From NCBI GenBank assembly GCA_945865605.1, contig CAMBEL010000001.1, positions 30,885-94,884 of the forward strand: a stretch of 64,000 bases of DNA. Reading direction: 5' to 3'. The notes below the pieces were generated by a model. That model did no database searches. It was given only the letters and a program-made list of their open reading frames with translations, and was not told the origin of the DNA. Positions 55,136 to 64,000 of the stretch are shown in pieces (the first letter of the stretch is position 1; the number at the start of each line of letters is the position of its first letter). A program made the translations under genes and the position numbers. Origin of the DNA: Bifidobacterium breve. GTDB taxonomy: Bacteria; Actinomycetota; Acidimicrobiia; IMCC26256; JAENVU01.

Positions 55136-55149
55136 CGAACACTTGTTCG
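55136..55149. promoter_or_regulatory. LexA-type SOS box (CGAAC-ACTT-GTTCG)
   Basis: Fits the Gram-positive/mycobacterial consensus TCGAAC-N4-GTTCGA in 10 of 12 core positions. Ends 9 bp upstream of the ATG at 55158. Confidence 0.5.
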
Positions 55150-55157
55150 TTATTGTT

Positions 55158-56828
55158 ATGACGGTGCTTACCTTTCCACAATCGACACAACCCAGTTTTG
55201 ACGACCTTGGCAAACCGCTATCTGACATCACGTTCGTGGTTATCGACCTAGAAACCACGGGAACATCACCGGAGCAGTGCGCCATCACCGAAGTTGGCGC
55301 GGTCAAGTACAAGGGAGGTGAACTACTCGCCACCTTCCAGACATTCGTGAACCCCGGCACACCGATCCCAACATTCATCACCGTGCTCACGGGTATCACC
55401 GAAGCCATGGTGCTTCCAGCGCCACTAATCGACGAAGTGCTGCCGACGCTCTTGGAGTTCATCGGCGGTGCGGTGGTGGTTGGGCACAACATCCGATTCG
55501 ATGTCAGCTTCCTCGACGCTGCACTCGTGCCCCGTGGATATCCGCGTCTTGCGAACCGGCGTGTCGACACTCTCGGCCTCGCACGTCGTCTCGTGCGGGA
55601 TGAAGTGCCCAACCTCAAACTCGCAACACTCGCGAAACATCTACGGGTGTCAGTCGAGCCAAATCACCGCGCACTATCCGACGCGAGAGCGACTGCCGAA
55701 TTGCTGCACGCCTTGTTGGAACGCGCTGGAACACTTGGAGTTCTCGGCCTCGACGACCTCCTCGATCTGCCGTCGATACGGGCGCACCCCTCGGCGAACA
55801 AGTTGTCTCTCACGGCGCGCCTCCCACGGCGTCCTGGCGTGTACATGTTGAAGGACCGCACGGGTCGCGTGCTCTACGTGGGCAAGGCAACGAACTTGAG
55901 AACGCGAGTCCGTTCGTACTTCAGCGGAGATACCCGTAAGAAGGTCCCCCAACTTCTTCGCGAAACCGAAGCGATAGATTGGATGGAGTGCGCCGACGAT
56001 CTTGAGTCTTCCGTGCGAGAAGCGCGCCTGATTCACGACCTCGAACCGCGATTCAACCGTCACGGGAAAGGTTGGCGCGCTTACGCATATCTCAAGTTCA
56101 CACTCGACGAACGATTTCCGCGCCTTTCGGTCGTACGCGAGGTCCGCGATGACGGCGCTATCTACCTAGGGCCTCTCCCTTCTGCGCGATCGGCACAGGC
56201 GACCAAGGAAGCCATCGAAGCCGCAGTTCCGCTGCGCCGATGCACCAACCGCATCGCACGCAACAAGCAGATTGAACCCGATTCACCATGCGTCTCTGCC
56301 CAACTCGGCATTGCCTCTTGTCCTTGTACCGGCCACACAGGCGAGGATGCTTACGCGCAGTTGGTTGGAGTTGTTACGAAAGGCCTCCGGGATGAACCAT
56401 CGCTTCTTCTCCGACCGCTCGAAAACCGCATGGAACAACTCACTGAAGCCGAACGGTTTGAAGAAGCAGCCGACGCACGCGATCAATTGGCTGCCCTGTC
56501 GCGGGCACTTAGGAGGCAACGCATGCTCGATTGGTTGCGCGGCTCAGGACGCGTCCGACTCCTCACGTCTTCCGGAGAGATCGAACTGGTGCATGGCAGA
56601 GTGGCCTTCTCGGGTGACGCGCTTACCGGCGAGCTCGCTCGTCCTAGCGAACTCGCCGCACGTGAAGATGTCGATGAGCTTTTGGTAGTGGCCCGGTGGC
56701 TCGACAAAGAAGTGACGACTGGACGAGTGCGTCTCTTGGAGACCAGTTCGCCACTCAGTTCTCCTCGAGACGGAGAGATGCCTACCTACGCAATTGTGTC
56801 TCGTCGCGGTATTCGTCGCGGTCGCTGA
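55158..56828 (+). CDS. DEDD 3'-5' exonuclease (DnaQ-like) fused to a GIY-YIG/UvrC-like nuclease domain (Rv2191-like)
   Basis: VVIDLETTG, GHNIRFDVSFL and HRALSDARATAEL (Exo I-III), followed by PGVYMLKDRTGRVLYVGKATNLRTRVRSYF (GIY-YIG). The longer ORF from 54816 was rejected. Confidence 0.85.
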   Translation: MTVLTFPQSTQPSFDDLGKPLSDITFVVIDLETTGTSPEQCAITEVGAVKYKGGELLATFQTFVNPGTPIPTFITVLTGITEAMVLPAPLIDEVLPTLLEFIGGAVVVGHNIRFDVSFLDAALVPRGYPRLANRRVDTLGLARRLVRDEVPNLKLATLAKHLRVSVEPNHRALSDARATAELLHALLERAGTLGVLGLDDLLDLPSIRAHPSANKLSLTARLPRRPGVYMLKDRTGRVLYVGKATNLRTRVRSYFSGDTRKKVPQLLRETEAIDWMECADDLESSVREARLIHDLEPRFNRHGKGWRAYAYLKFTLDERFPRLSVVREVRDDGAIYLGPLPSARSAQATKEAIEAAVPLRRCTNRIARNKQIEPDSPCVSAQLGIASCPCTGHTGEDAYAQLVGVVTKGLRDEPSLLLRPLENRMEQLTEAERFEEAADARDQLAALSRALRRQRMLDWLRGSGRVRLLTSSGEIELVHGRVAFSGDALTGELARPSELAAREDVDELLVVARWLDKEVTTGRVRLLETSSPLSSPRDGEMPTYAIVSRRGIRRGR

Positions 56829-57463
56829 GCATCGGAGGGCGTGGGATCCGATTCTGCACCTACGGCTGTGGGCGCCGCCGGATTCACCGATCGAGCGGCC
56901 GGCGCGGGCGTTGCAACAACGGGAGCCTTACGCGCATCCTCAGGCATACCGGTACGAACGGGAGGGTTGTTACGCATTCTGATCCACCACCGCGAGCCTT
57001 CGACAAAGAGCGTTACGAATGTGGCGGTGGCGAGTGCCAAGACAGGAAGCAATAAGAACACCCGAACGTAACGACCCCAACCGGTGCTCGTCATCATGTC
57101 CAACAGGCTGTCGCCCGTTAATAGCCCAGTGATCTTGGCGAACCAGCGCACAAAAAGTGCTCCAAACACAAACGCAACTACCCATGCAAGAATTCGAATC
57201 GGAAGACCAGCTTGAGAGGGCATCGGAACGCGCTCGCGAGGCGTGGAACTCGCTGTCCGATTGGCACTACGACGCGGAGCAGCTCCCCCCGTGTCCCCAA
57301 TTGCCGACGCACCAGCCGACGCACCGCGCTCATCGGCTCTGCGGTACTCGGCTGGTGTCTTTAAGAGCCTGCCGCAACTAGAGCAGGAGAAGACTGGATC
57401 ACCTGCGAGTGCATCAAGACGGTGCTTGAATCCACACGCGGGGCATTGAAGGGCGGCGGACAC
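56786..57463 (-). CDS. membrane protein with an N-terminal zinc ribbon, hypothetical
   Basis: CPACGF...CSSCGR, then a Pro/Ala/Arg-rich linker and three TM helices. GTG 57463 lies 2 nt after the trpD stop, with ATG 57502 as the alternative. Confidence 0.5.
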   Translation of the reverse strand: MSAALQCPACGFKHRLDALAGDPVFSCSSCGRLLKTPAEYRRADERGASAGASAIGDTGGAAPRRSANRTASSTPRERVPMPSQAGLPIRILAWVVAFVFGALFVRWFAKITGLLTGDSLLDMMTSTGWGRYVRVFLLLPVLALATATFVTLFVEGSRWWIRMRNNPPVRTGMPEDARKAPVVATPAPAARSVNPAAPTAVGAESDPTPSDAQRPRRIPRRDTIA

Positions 57464-57465
57464 TG

Positions 57466-58515
57466 TCAGGAACCCGCAGCCACGTTGCTCGTTGTGATCC
57501 ACCGGTCAAGCACGGACGCCGCCGAACCAGAATCGATCGCTTCCGATGCACGCAGCACACCATCCGCGAAATCAGTAGCGATATCTGCGACTACCAATGC
57601 GGCTGCCGTGTTGAGCAACACGATGTCGCGTTGCGGTCCTGATTCCCCGGCCAATACACGTTGCACAATTGCTGCGTTGTCAGTGGCAGTTCCACCGCGA
57701 AGGTCTTGCGCCGCGGCCCTGGGTAGTCCGAGATTAAGAGGTTCTAGTACCTGGCGCGTAATTTTTCCGTCCCGTAGTTCCCTAATCGTAGAGACATCGG
57801 TTGTGGTCAGTTCATCCAAGCCATCGTGGCCAAATACGACCATCGCGCGGGTAGCGCCGAGTTCTGCGAGCGCGCCGATGATGCGATCGGCCATAGAGGG
57901 ATCACTCACACCAATTACTTGCCGCTTCACATGCGCCGGGTTGGCTAACGGTCCTAGAAAGTTGAACGTCGTTGGGATGCCGAGTTCCTTACGGGTCGGG
58001 CCGGCGAAACGCATTGCCGAATGGAACCGAGGTGCGAAACAGAAACCGATTCCGACCTCTTCGATGCATTGTGCAACGCCCTCAGGACCCAACTCAATAG
58101 CGATTCCGAGCTGTTCGAGCACATCGGCAGACCCGCACGCGGATGACGCGGCTCTGTTGCCGTGTTTGGCAACCTTGGCTCCCGCCCCTGCTGCGACGAT
58201 CGCTGAGACCGTCGAAATATTGAAGGAGTGCGACCTGTCCCCGCCGGTACCGCACGTGTCGATCAAGTTATCGCTCGAACCGTCGGAAGCCAAGGGCAAC
58301 GTATCCGCGTACTCAAGCATTGTTCGCGCGAGCGTTGCGAGTTCGTTGGTCGTCTCTCCCTTCGCTCGCAACAACACAGCAAATGCTGCAATCTGTGCGC
58401 TGGTTGCAGCGCCATCGAGCACGCCTGCCATCACCGCTCGCACTTGGACTGCATCAAGGTCGTTGCCTACGAGCAACTGCATCAGAACGTCGGAAATGTT
58501 TGGAATCTCGTTCAT
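57466..58515 (-). CDS. trpD: anthranilate phosphoribosyltransferase
   Basis: Start MNEIPNISD. DTCGTGGDRSHSFNIST, AKHGNRAASSACGSADVLE and FLGPLANP. Confidence 0.9.
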   Translation of the reverse strand: MNEIPNISDVLMQLLVGNDLDAVQVRAVMAGVLDGAATSAQIAAFAVLLRAKGETTNELATLARTMLEYADTLPLASDGSSDNLIDTCGTGGDRSHSFNISTVSAIVAAGAGAKVAKHGNRAASSACGSADVLEQLGIAIELGPEGVAQCIEEVGIGFCFAPRFHSAMRFAGPTRKELGIPTTFNFLGPLANPAHVKRQVIGVSDPSMADRIIGALAELGATRAMVVFGHDGLDELTTTDVSTIRELRDGKITRQVLEPLNLGLPRAAAQDLRGGTATDNAAIVQRVLAGESGPQRDIVLLNTAAALVVADIATDFADGVLRASEAIDSGSAASVLDRWITTSNVAAGS

Positions 58516-58519
58516 CGAG

Positions 58520-59686
58520 TCAGTCCCACCAAAGATCGTGATCAAGAACACCCTTTGCTATCAGGCCCAACTGGATCTGCGATGTTCCTTCAACAATCGT
58601 CAACTGCTTGGCATCGCGGTAATACAACTCCATCGGGTGATCCTGCATATATCCGGCAGCGCCGAGCATCTGCAACGCATGATTGCTCACCTTCACGGCC
58701 AACTCCGTCGCGTAGTACTTGCACATCGACAGGTACGGGACCCACTCCTTGGTGTACTGCCCGCGATCCGCCATCCATGCTGCACGATATGTGAGAAGTC
58801 GAGCGGCTTCAATCTCTGTGGCGAGTTCTGCGATCTTCCATTGGATGCCCTGCATGTCCGCGACTGTCTTGTTGAACGCCTCGCGGGACTTCACGTACTC
58901 AACTGCGTACATGAGGGCACCTTCGGCAAGACCGATGCCGCGTGCTGCAACTATTGGCCTCATCGCGTTGAGTCCGAGCATGCAGGTGCGGAACCCACCA
59001 ACTTCTCCGACCAGATTTTCCGCGGGTACCCGCACGTCGTCGAGAATCAATTCGCCCGTATCAACCCCTTTTACGCCCATCTTTTTATCGATCCGGCCGA
59101 CCGAGAGCCCAGGCGAGTCACGTTCGACGATGAAAACACTGATGCTGTCGTGGGCACGCGAGTTCGCTGGACCCGTTTTGGCGAATACGCAGTACCAATC
59201 GGCCTGCACAACCCCACTCATCCAACACTTGGTTCCGTTTAGAACCCAGGTGTCACCATCTTTTACAGCCCTAGTACGCATGCCCATTACGTCGCTACCG
59301 GCCTGGGCCTCTGAGAGTCCGAAGGCTGCACGTTGCGCTCCCGTGGCAACCGGTGTCACGTACTTGTTCTTTTGCTCCTCGCTACCCGCAATTAGCAAAG
59401 AACCTGTTGGCAAGCGCGTGAGAAGAAGCATCAACGAAGCGGCGTTTGAATATTTCGCCACCTCTTCCATTGCAAGCGCCAGGCCAAGAATTCCTGCACC
59501 TGATCCGCCGTACTCGGTCGGGATACACAGACCGGTTAAACCACTTTGCACAAAGAGATCAAAGAGGTCCTGCGGGTACTCCTCCGACAAGTCAATCTCA
59601 CGGGCCCGCGGTGCTATGCGTTCCTGCGCGAGCTTGCGCACAGTGGACTGCAACGCCGCCAGTTCAGGAGGCAGGTCGAAGTCCAT
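58520..59686 (-). CDS. acyl-CoA dehydrogenase (canonical homotetramer type)
   Basis: 388 aa. MDFDLPPELAALQ, GLSEAQAGSDV, and catalytic Glu context TIVEGTSQIQ. Confidence 0.9.
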   Translation of the reverse strand: MDFDLPPELAALQSTVRKLAQERIAPRAREIDLSEEYPQDLFDLFVQSGLTGLCIPTEYGGSGAGILGLALAMEEVAKYSNAASLMLLLTRLPTGSLLIAGSEEQKNKYVTPVATGAQRAAFGLSEAQAGSDVMGMRTRAVKDGDTWVLNGTKCWMSGVVQADWYCVFAKTGPANSRAHDSISVFIVERDSPGLSVGRIDKKMGVKGVDTGELILDDVRVPAENLVGEVGGFRTCMLGLNAMRPIVAARGIGLAEGALMYAVEYVKSREAFNKTVADMQGIQWKIAELATEIEAARLLTYRAAWMADRGQYTKEWVPYLSMCKYYATELAVKVSNHALQMLGAAGYMQDHPMELYYRDAKQLTIVEGTSQIQLGLIAKGVLDHDLWWD

Positions 59687-59778
59687 GGTGCGTCGATGCT
59701 ACAGGCCGCCGTTCAGAGAAACACGGTCCGTTGACTCCGCTGTGGCTGGGGCGAGCAGTGTTTCGGGAAGGCCGACCT

Positions 59779-60057
59779 TTAGGAAGCGCGACGCCTACGG
59801 CGAATAAGGCGGCGTCGCTCTCTTGCGCTGAGGCCTCCCCAGATACCGTGCTTCTCGCGCGACACGAGGGCATGGTCGAGGCAGACCTCGAGCACAGGAC
59901 ACGCCTCGCAGATGGCCTTTGCCTCGGCGCCATAGTCAGGAGCAAGGTCAGCAAGTTCATCTTCATCCGAAGGGTGAAACACCTCAGGGTCAGCGCCCTT
60001 GCAGTTAGCGAAGTCGCGCCAGCTGACTAGAGACGTCGGTCGGGTCATGAGCATCAT
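59779..60057 (-). CDS. whiB: WhiB-family transcriptional regulator
   Basis: C-x(n)-C-x2-C-x5-C (NCKG...CEACPVLEVC), GIWGG turn and a basic tail. ATG 60057 behind GGGAAG. Paralogue number not assignable. Confidence 0.85.
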   Translation of the reverse strand: MMLMTRPTSLVSWRDFANCKGADPEVFHPSDEDELADLAPDYGAEAKAICEACPVLEVCLDHALVSREKHGIWGGLSARERRRLIRRRRRAS

Positions 60058-60108
60058 GGAGCACTTCCCATAGGTAGAAATGTAGGCAATAACCATCTCT
60101 CGGCAAAT

Positions 60109-60122
60109 AGGTCGATCGACCT
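60109..60122. promoter_or_regulatory. perfect 14-bp palindrome AGGTCGATCGACCT upstream of whiB
   Basis: Located 52-65 bp upstream of the whiB ATG, in the 193-bp divergent spacer. Confidence 0.25.
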
Positions 60123-60250
60123 GAGCCTTCGCTTCAGAAAATCTTCAAAACCCTCGGTGTCTGCCTTACATACTGGCCTTAGCGGTGGTTTGTAGCCATA
60201 TCTCGGTACAAAACAACGGTGAGACATATCGCGCCGGTACGCTTGGGCCG

Positions 60251-60661
60251 ATGAGCCAAATCGACCTGAAATCCGTCTACCGGGGCGCACTTTTGGGCTT
60301 GGTGATCATCGCCCCCGTGACTGTGCTTAGCGCCTTGGTGGAACGGAACGTCGGCGGACTCGTGAGTTCAATCAGAGCGGGCGTACTCCTAATTGGAATC
60401 TTCGGTGCTTACACGGTTGCCGGGTGGACTGCAGCAAAGCGCGGTACAGGGGCTCCCCTATCTAATGGCCTGCTCGCAGGGATGGCGACTTTCGTGGGCT
60501 GGGTGGTTATTCGGATCCTGATCTGGTTGGTGCGCGAGCAGCACAACAACCTCTTCACCGGACCCGACAGAGTGATCAATTTGCCTTCAATTTTTGTCGG
60601 TCTGGTAGTCGCAGCGTTATTCGGTCTCATCGGAGGTCTAATCGGCGCGAGAATGGAGCGC

Positions 60662-60682
<21 letters not shown>
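60251..60682 (+). CDS. small integral membrane protein, hypothetical
   Basis: 143 aa from ATG 60251 with four hydrophobic helices. The 3' end overlaps the rnpB 5' end. Confidence 0.5.
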
Positions 60683-61067
<385 letters not shown>

Positions 61068-61186
61068 CACCCACAATCCCGCTCAATCGTGATGGCGCGT
61101 TTGTGCGCGTAGCGCACCCACACCGTGCATTATCCGACAAGCGCCTGAATTGCTGCAGCGCTGCGAGCAAAGAAAATGCGGTAGGG

Positions 61187-61213
61187 GGCGCTCCTGGGCA
61201 GGGTAGGAGCGCC
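61187..61213 (+). terminator. GC-rich stem-loop downstream of rnpB (no U-tract)
   Basis: GGCGCTCCT-gggcagggt-AGGAGCGCC, a 9-bp perfect stem with a 9-nt loop. Confidence 0.3.
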
Positions 61214-61339
61214 GCGCCCACCGCGCATTGATTATATACAAATTACGCAAGGATCGCCCCCACCCAGAGCGACGACAAATAGCGAATTTTTTGTGGCATC
61301 CGGCACACCGACATAATCAATTTTGATTAGCCTCCCAAC

Positions 61340-62653
61340 ATGCACTCCGAGGTCACGGCGACGCGGAACGTACGCGCCTGGGTCCTCGGTGCGATTGCGG
61401 TAGTCACATATGTACTTGTTGCCCTTTGGCTGACTGACAACACCTGGTCAAAGGTCTACTCGACCCGTCTCGATCGCGGGTGGTTAACGGACTTCCGGGA
61501 CGCCATCTATTACCCCTCCCGCGCGCTTCTTCAGGGCATAAACCCATATGACCCATCGGTCTTTTACGAGACGTACCCAGTCGGGCAAGAGTTCCCGCTT
61601 TACTCGCCGGTACATCTTGTCATGCACCTGCCATTTGCTGCCTTGTCGTTGGCAACGGCGCGCGCTGTCTACTTCTGTCTGAACATCTGCCTGATGGTTG
61701 TCCTAGCTGGCACTGCGTTGCGCCTTGCTGGCCATGCACTGACCGTGGCCAAGGTATTTGCTTTCGCAACGCTGTTGCTGTTGAGCAATCCTGGATTCTG
61801 GGACCTGCGCACAGGGGAATCGACCCTGATCTTTGTCCTTGGCATTTACTTGGCGCTCGCATGCGGTCGCAGTCGACCCGGTTGGGCCACCATCGGAGTT
61901 GTCCTCGCGTTAGGGAAACCAACATTCGGCGTTGTGTTAGTAGTTCTCATGTTGTGCAGACGTGAAACTCGAGCTGCCATCAACGGCACACTGATTGCAA
62001 TCGCGATCAGCATCATTGGTTCATTCCGACTTGCGGGAGGCTTCGGTGGCGCTGGCGACTTCATTACCTCTCTGCGTGAGAGTTTTGAGACTACGACTCT
62101 GGCGCCGCAGTCCCGTCTTGGTTCGTCACTGCGCGTAGACGCTTTCAATACCTTCGCTCGGTTATCGCATTCGCGGCCAGCGGAAACGATCGCCACAATC
62201 GGTGCGCTGGCGCTACTCGGCGTCGGGGTATTTATCGTTGCGAAGTTGCACCATGCTGACCCATCAACCGATCAATCCGAAGTGGCCATCACTCTGGCCT
62301 TGTTGTTACTTCTTGTTCCTCTGTTCCATGTGCACTACGACCTACTGATTCTCGCTTGGCCTCTAGCGCTGTTATTGCACAAACCGTTCAAGGACATTGC
62401 GCCCTGGCCGCGTTACTGGCGTGCACTTATTTCATTCATGTTGCTCATCGCGATGATTGCGCCTACGCGCTGGACGGCAATCAACCAAGTCCTGTCCCGA
62501 AGCAAACTTGCCCGATTGTCCGGACCCACGGTCGCAGGGCTATGTATTCTCGCCGTCTTGTTTATGGCGGGTTGGACCGCCTGGCGTGCCAGCCAGACCG
62601 CCAACTCTCTAGACCCGGAACCACTCGCACACAAGAGTGCGATCAGCGACTGA
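61340..62653 (+). CDS. polytopic membrane protein, GT87/DUF2029-like glycosyltransferase candidate
   Basis: 437 aa, at least 10 TM helices, with an early loop DFRDAIYYPSRALLQGINPYD resembling DUF2029 mannosyltransferases. Confidence 0.5.
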   Translation: MHSEVTATRNVRAWVLGAIAVVTYVLVALWLTDNTWSKVYSTRLDRGWLTDFRDAIYYPSRALLQGINPYDPSVFYETYPVGQEFPLYSPVHLVMHLPFAALSLATARAVYFCLNICLMVVLAGTALRLAGHALTVAKVFAFATLLLLSNPGFWDLRTGESTLIFVLGIYLALACGRSRPGWATIGVVLALGKPTFGVVLVVLMLCRRETRAAINGTLIAIAISIIGSFRLAGGFGGAGDFITSLRESFETTTLAPQSRLGSSLRVDAFNTFARLSHSRPAETIATIGALALLGVGVFIVAKLHHADPSTDQSEVAITLALLLLLVPLFHVHYDLLILAWPLALLLHKPFKDIAPWPRYWRALISFMLLIAMIAPTRWTAINQVLSRSKLARLSGPTVAGLCILAVLFMAGWTAWRASQTANSLDPEPLAHKSAISD

Positions 62654-62692
62654 CTACGCTCGCACCGTCCCGGTAGATCGAGGAGTTACACC

Positions 62693-63769
62693 ATGGCCGC
62701 CGCCGCACTTGAAATTGCCGACCACGCGTTGCTGACAGAGCGACGCCCCCTTGCACGCGATGAAGTGCTCGCTATCGCGAACTTGCCATTAGATGAACTT
62801 ATCGATCTGATCGCTCTTGCGCACCGTGTCCGTCTGGCGTATTGCGGCAACGAAGTCGAACTAGAAAGCCTCATCAACGCGAAGTCTGGAGCTTGCCCCG
62901 AGGATTGCGCGTTTTGCTCGCAGTCGGTGAAATTTGACACCGGTGTGGAGGTATACGCATTTCTTGATCTCGATGAAGTTCTCGATGCCGCGCGGGCCAC
63001 CAAGGATGCGGGAGCAACTCAGTTTTGCATCGTTGTCGCGGTGCGTGGGCCGTCTGAACGCCTGCTCGCCAAAGTGATTGAAGCGGTCAATGCAGTCCAC
63101 GCTGAGACGGGCCTTGAAGTCGCGTGCTCTCTCGGACTTCTAACGCCAGAACAAGCAGCGCGCCTTGCCGCAGCAGGTGTGCGCAGGTATAACCACAACC
63201 TTGAAGCACCCCGTGCCGTTTTCCCACAGATCTGCACTACACATTCGTGGGAAGACCGCGTTGCTACGGCTCAGATTGCGATCGACGCCGGCATGGAACT
63301 CTGTTGCGGCGGCATCATCGGGATGGGAGAAACGCTCGAGCAACGTGTCGACTTTGCGTTCGAACTTGCTGCTCTCAATCCAGCCGAGGTTCCGATCAAT
63401 CTTCTCGACCCGCGACCCGGCACACCGATGGGTGACGTAGAACCAATTAGCGCACGCGAAGCACTGCAGGCCATCGCTCTGTTCCGTCTTGTGTTGCCGA
63501 GCGCGTGGTTGCGACTTGCGGGTGGCCGAGAACGGATACTGGGTGAACTGCAAGGCATGGGTCTACTCGCTGGCGCGAATGCACTCATCGTGGGTAACTA
63601 CTTAACTACGGGCGGCAGGTCCGCTGACGAAGACATTGCTTTGCTGGATGCACTCGGCATGCCGGTCGCAGACGGCCCAGGCGAGGGACGCTTTGTGATC
63701 GACGCGACCGGAACATACAAATTGCCCGCCAAGCAAGCGCGCTCATCCATTCCGGTGACTACCGCCTGA
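62693..63769 (+). CDS. bioB: biotin synthase (radical SAM)
   Basis: CPEDCAFCSQS (CxxxCxxC), FCIVVAVRGP, YNHNLE, CCGGIIGMGE and NALIVGNYLTT. Collinear with Mtb BioB. Confidence 0.9.
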   Translation: MAAAALEIADHALLTERRPLARDEVLAIANLPLDELIDLIALAHRVRLAYCGNEVELESLINAKSGACPEDCAFCSQSVKFDTGVEVYAFLDLDEVLDAARATKDAGATQFCIVVAVRGPSERLLAKVIEAVNAVHAETGLEVACSLGLLTPEQAARLAAAGVRRYNHNLEAPRAVFPQICTTHSWEDRVATAQIAIDAGMELCCGGIIGMGETLEQRVDFAFELAALNPAEVPINLLDPRPGTPMGDVEPISAREALQAIALFRLVLPSAWLRLAGGRERILGELQGMGLLAGANALIVGNYLTTGGRSADEDIALLDALGMPVADGPGEGRFVIDATGTYKLPAKQARSSIPVTTA

Positions 63770-64000
63770 AGTTAGTGCTGGCGAGGCCAAACGCCTTCTC
63801 ACAAATGGCTGGTGTCGTTCCAACTAAGTAGGCGCGGCACGCCAACCGGTGCATCGATACGTGCAATAGATGCGACGCTGCAGAACATGCGCCATGCAAG
63901 TTCCGGGCCAGCTCCCATCGCCCAGATTGCTCCCGCTTTGATGGGTGATACATGGCTCACCGCGAGTACGGGTGGACCCGCAATATGTTGCGCACAAAAC

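Noticed and set aside
54816-55157. Upstream extension of the exonuclease ORF (ORF track start 54816)
   Set aside because: It runs antisense through the zinc-ribbon gene and the G-rich spacer. Homology to DnaQ-like proteins begins only after the ATG at 55158.
57422-59807. 606-aa and 362-aa plus-strand ORFs (57422-59242, 58719-59807)
   Set aside because: They run antisense to trpD and the canonical ACAD, both of which have strong motif support. The translations are Ser/Ala/Pro/Arg-rich with no recognisable domains.
63759-64000. 64-aa minus-strand ORF (63759-63953) and a plus-strand ATG ORF from 63887 running off the window
   Set aside because: No recognisable motifs. The minus ORF overlaps the bioB stop and has an odd composition. 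The plus ORF has low third-position GC compared with real genes here. The evidence is insufficient to call either.

Overview
Dense 64-kb chromosomal window (about 60 protein genes, one RNA gene) from a moderately high-GC Actinomycetota genome. Lineage markers are a WhiB regulator, a KstR-type TetR, DprE1/DprE2, an F420-type LLM oxidoreductase, a mycothiol-type DinB domain, and the Rv2191-like exonuclease next to trpD as in Mycobacterium. I saw no rRNA, tRNA, CRISPR array, transposase, integrase or phage genes. Content: (1) A large lipid/sterol-side-chain-type beta-oxidation inventory: seven acyl-CoA dehydrogenases (plus a fragment at the window edge), three acyl-CoA synthetases, two thiolases (one Ltp/SCP-x type with a DUF35 partner), an enoyl-CoA hydratase, two family III CoA-transferases (one Mcr-like), a fused family I CoA-transferase, a P450, an aldehyde dehydrogenase, a fused EtfB-EtfA flavoprotein, WS/DGAT, and a KstR orthologue carrying its own operator. 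(2) An embedded cell-envelope cassette, ubiA(Rv3806c-type)-dprE1-dprE2-HAD phosphatase-GT-C transferase. This is a compact decaprenyl-phospho-D-arabinose pathway with a single orphan transferase, and it is my top candidate for an undescribed glycosylation system. (3) A sugar/glycerophosphate-type ABC importer. (4) Housekeeping genes gltA, trpD, bioB, whiB and rnpB (RNase P RNA). Other signals: a palindrome-containing intergenic repeat present at two loci, a LexA-type SOS box and a G-quadruplex tract upstream of a DEDD-exonuclease/GIY-YIG fusion gene, a 26-bp palindrome between divergent fadE genes, two decayed genes (CMD-family and CadI/ArsI-like VOC), and tandem secreted paralogues of unknown function. 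All homology statements come from reading the translations and from remembered reference sequences and motifs. No database search was run.
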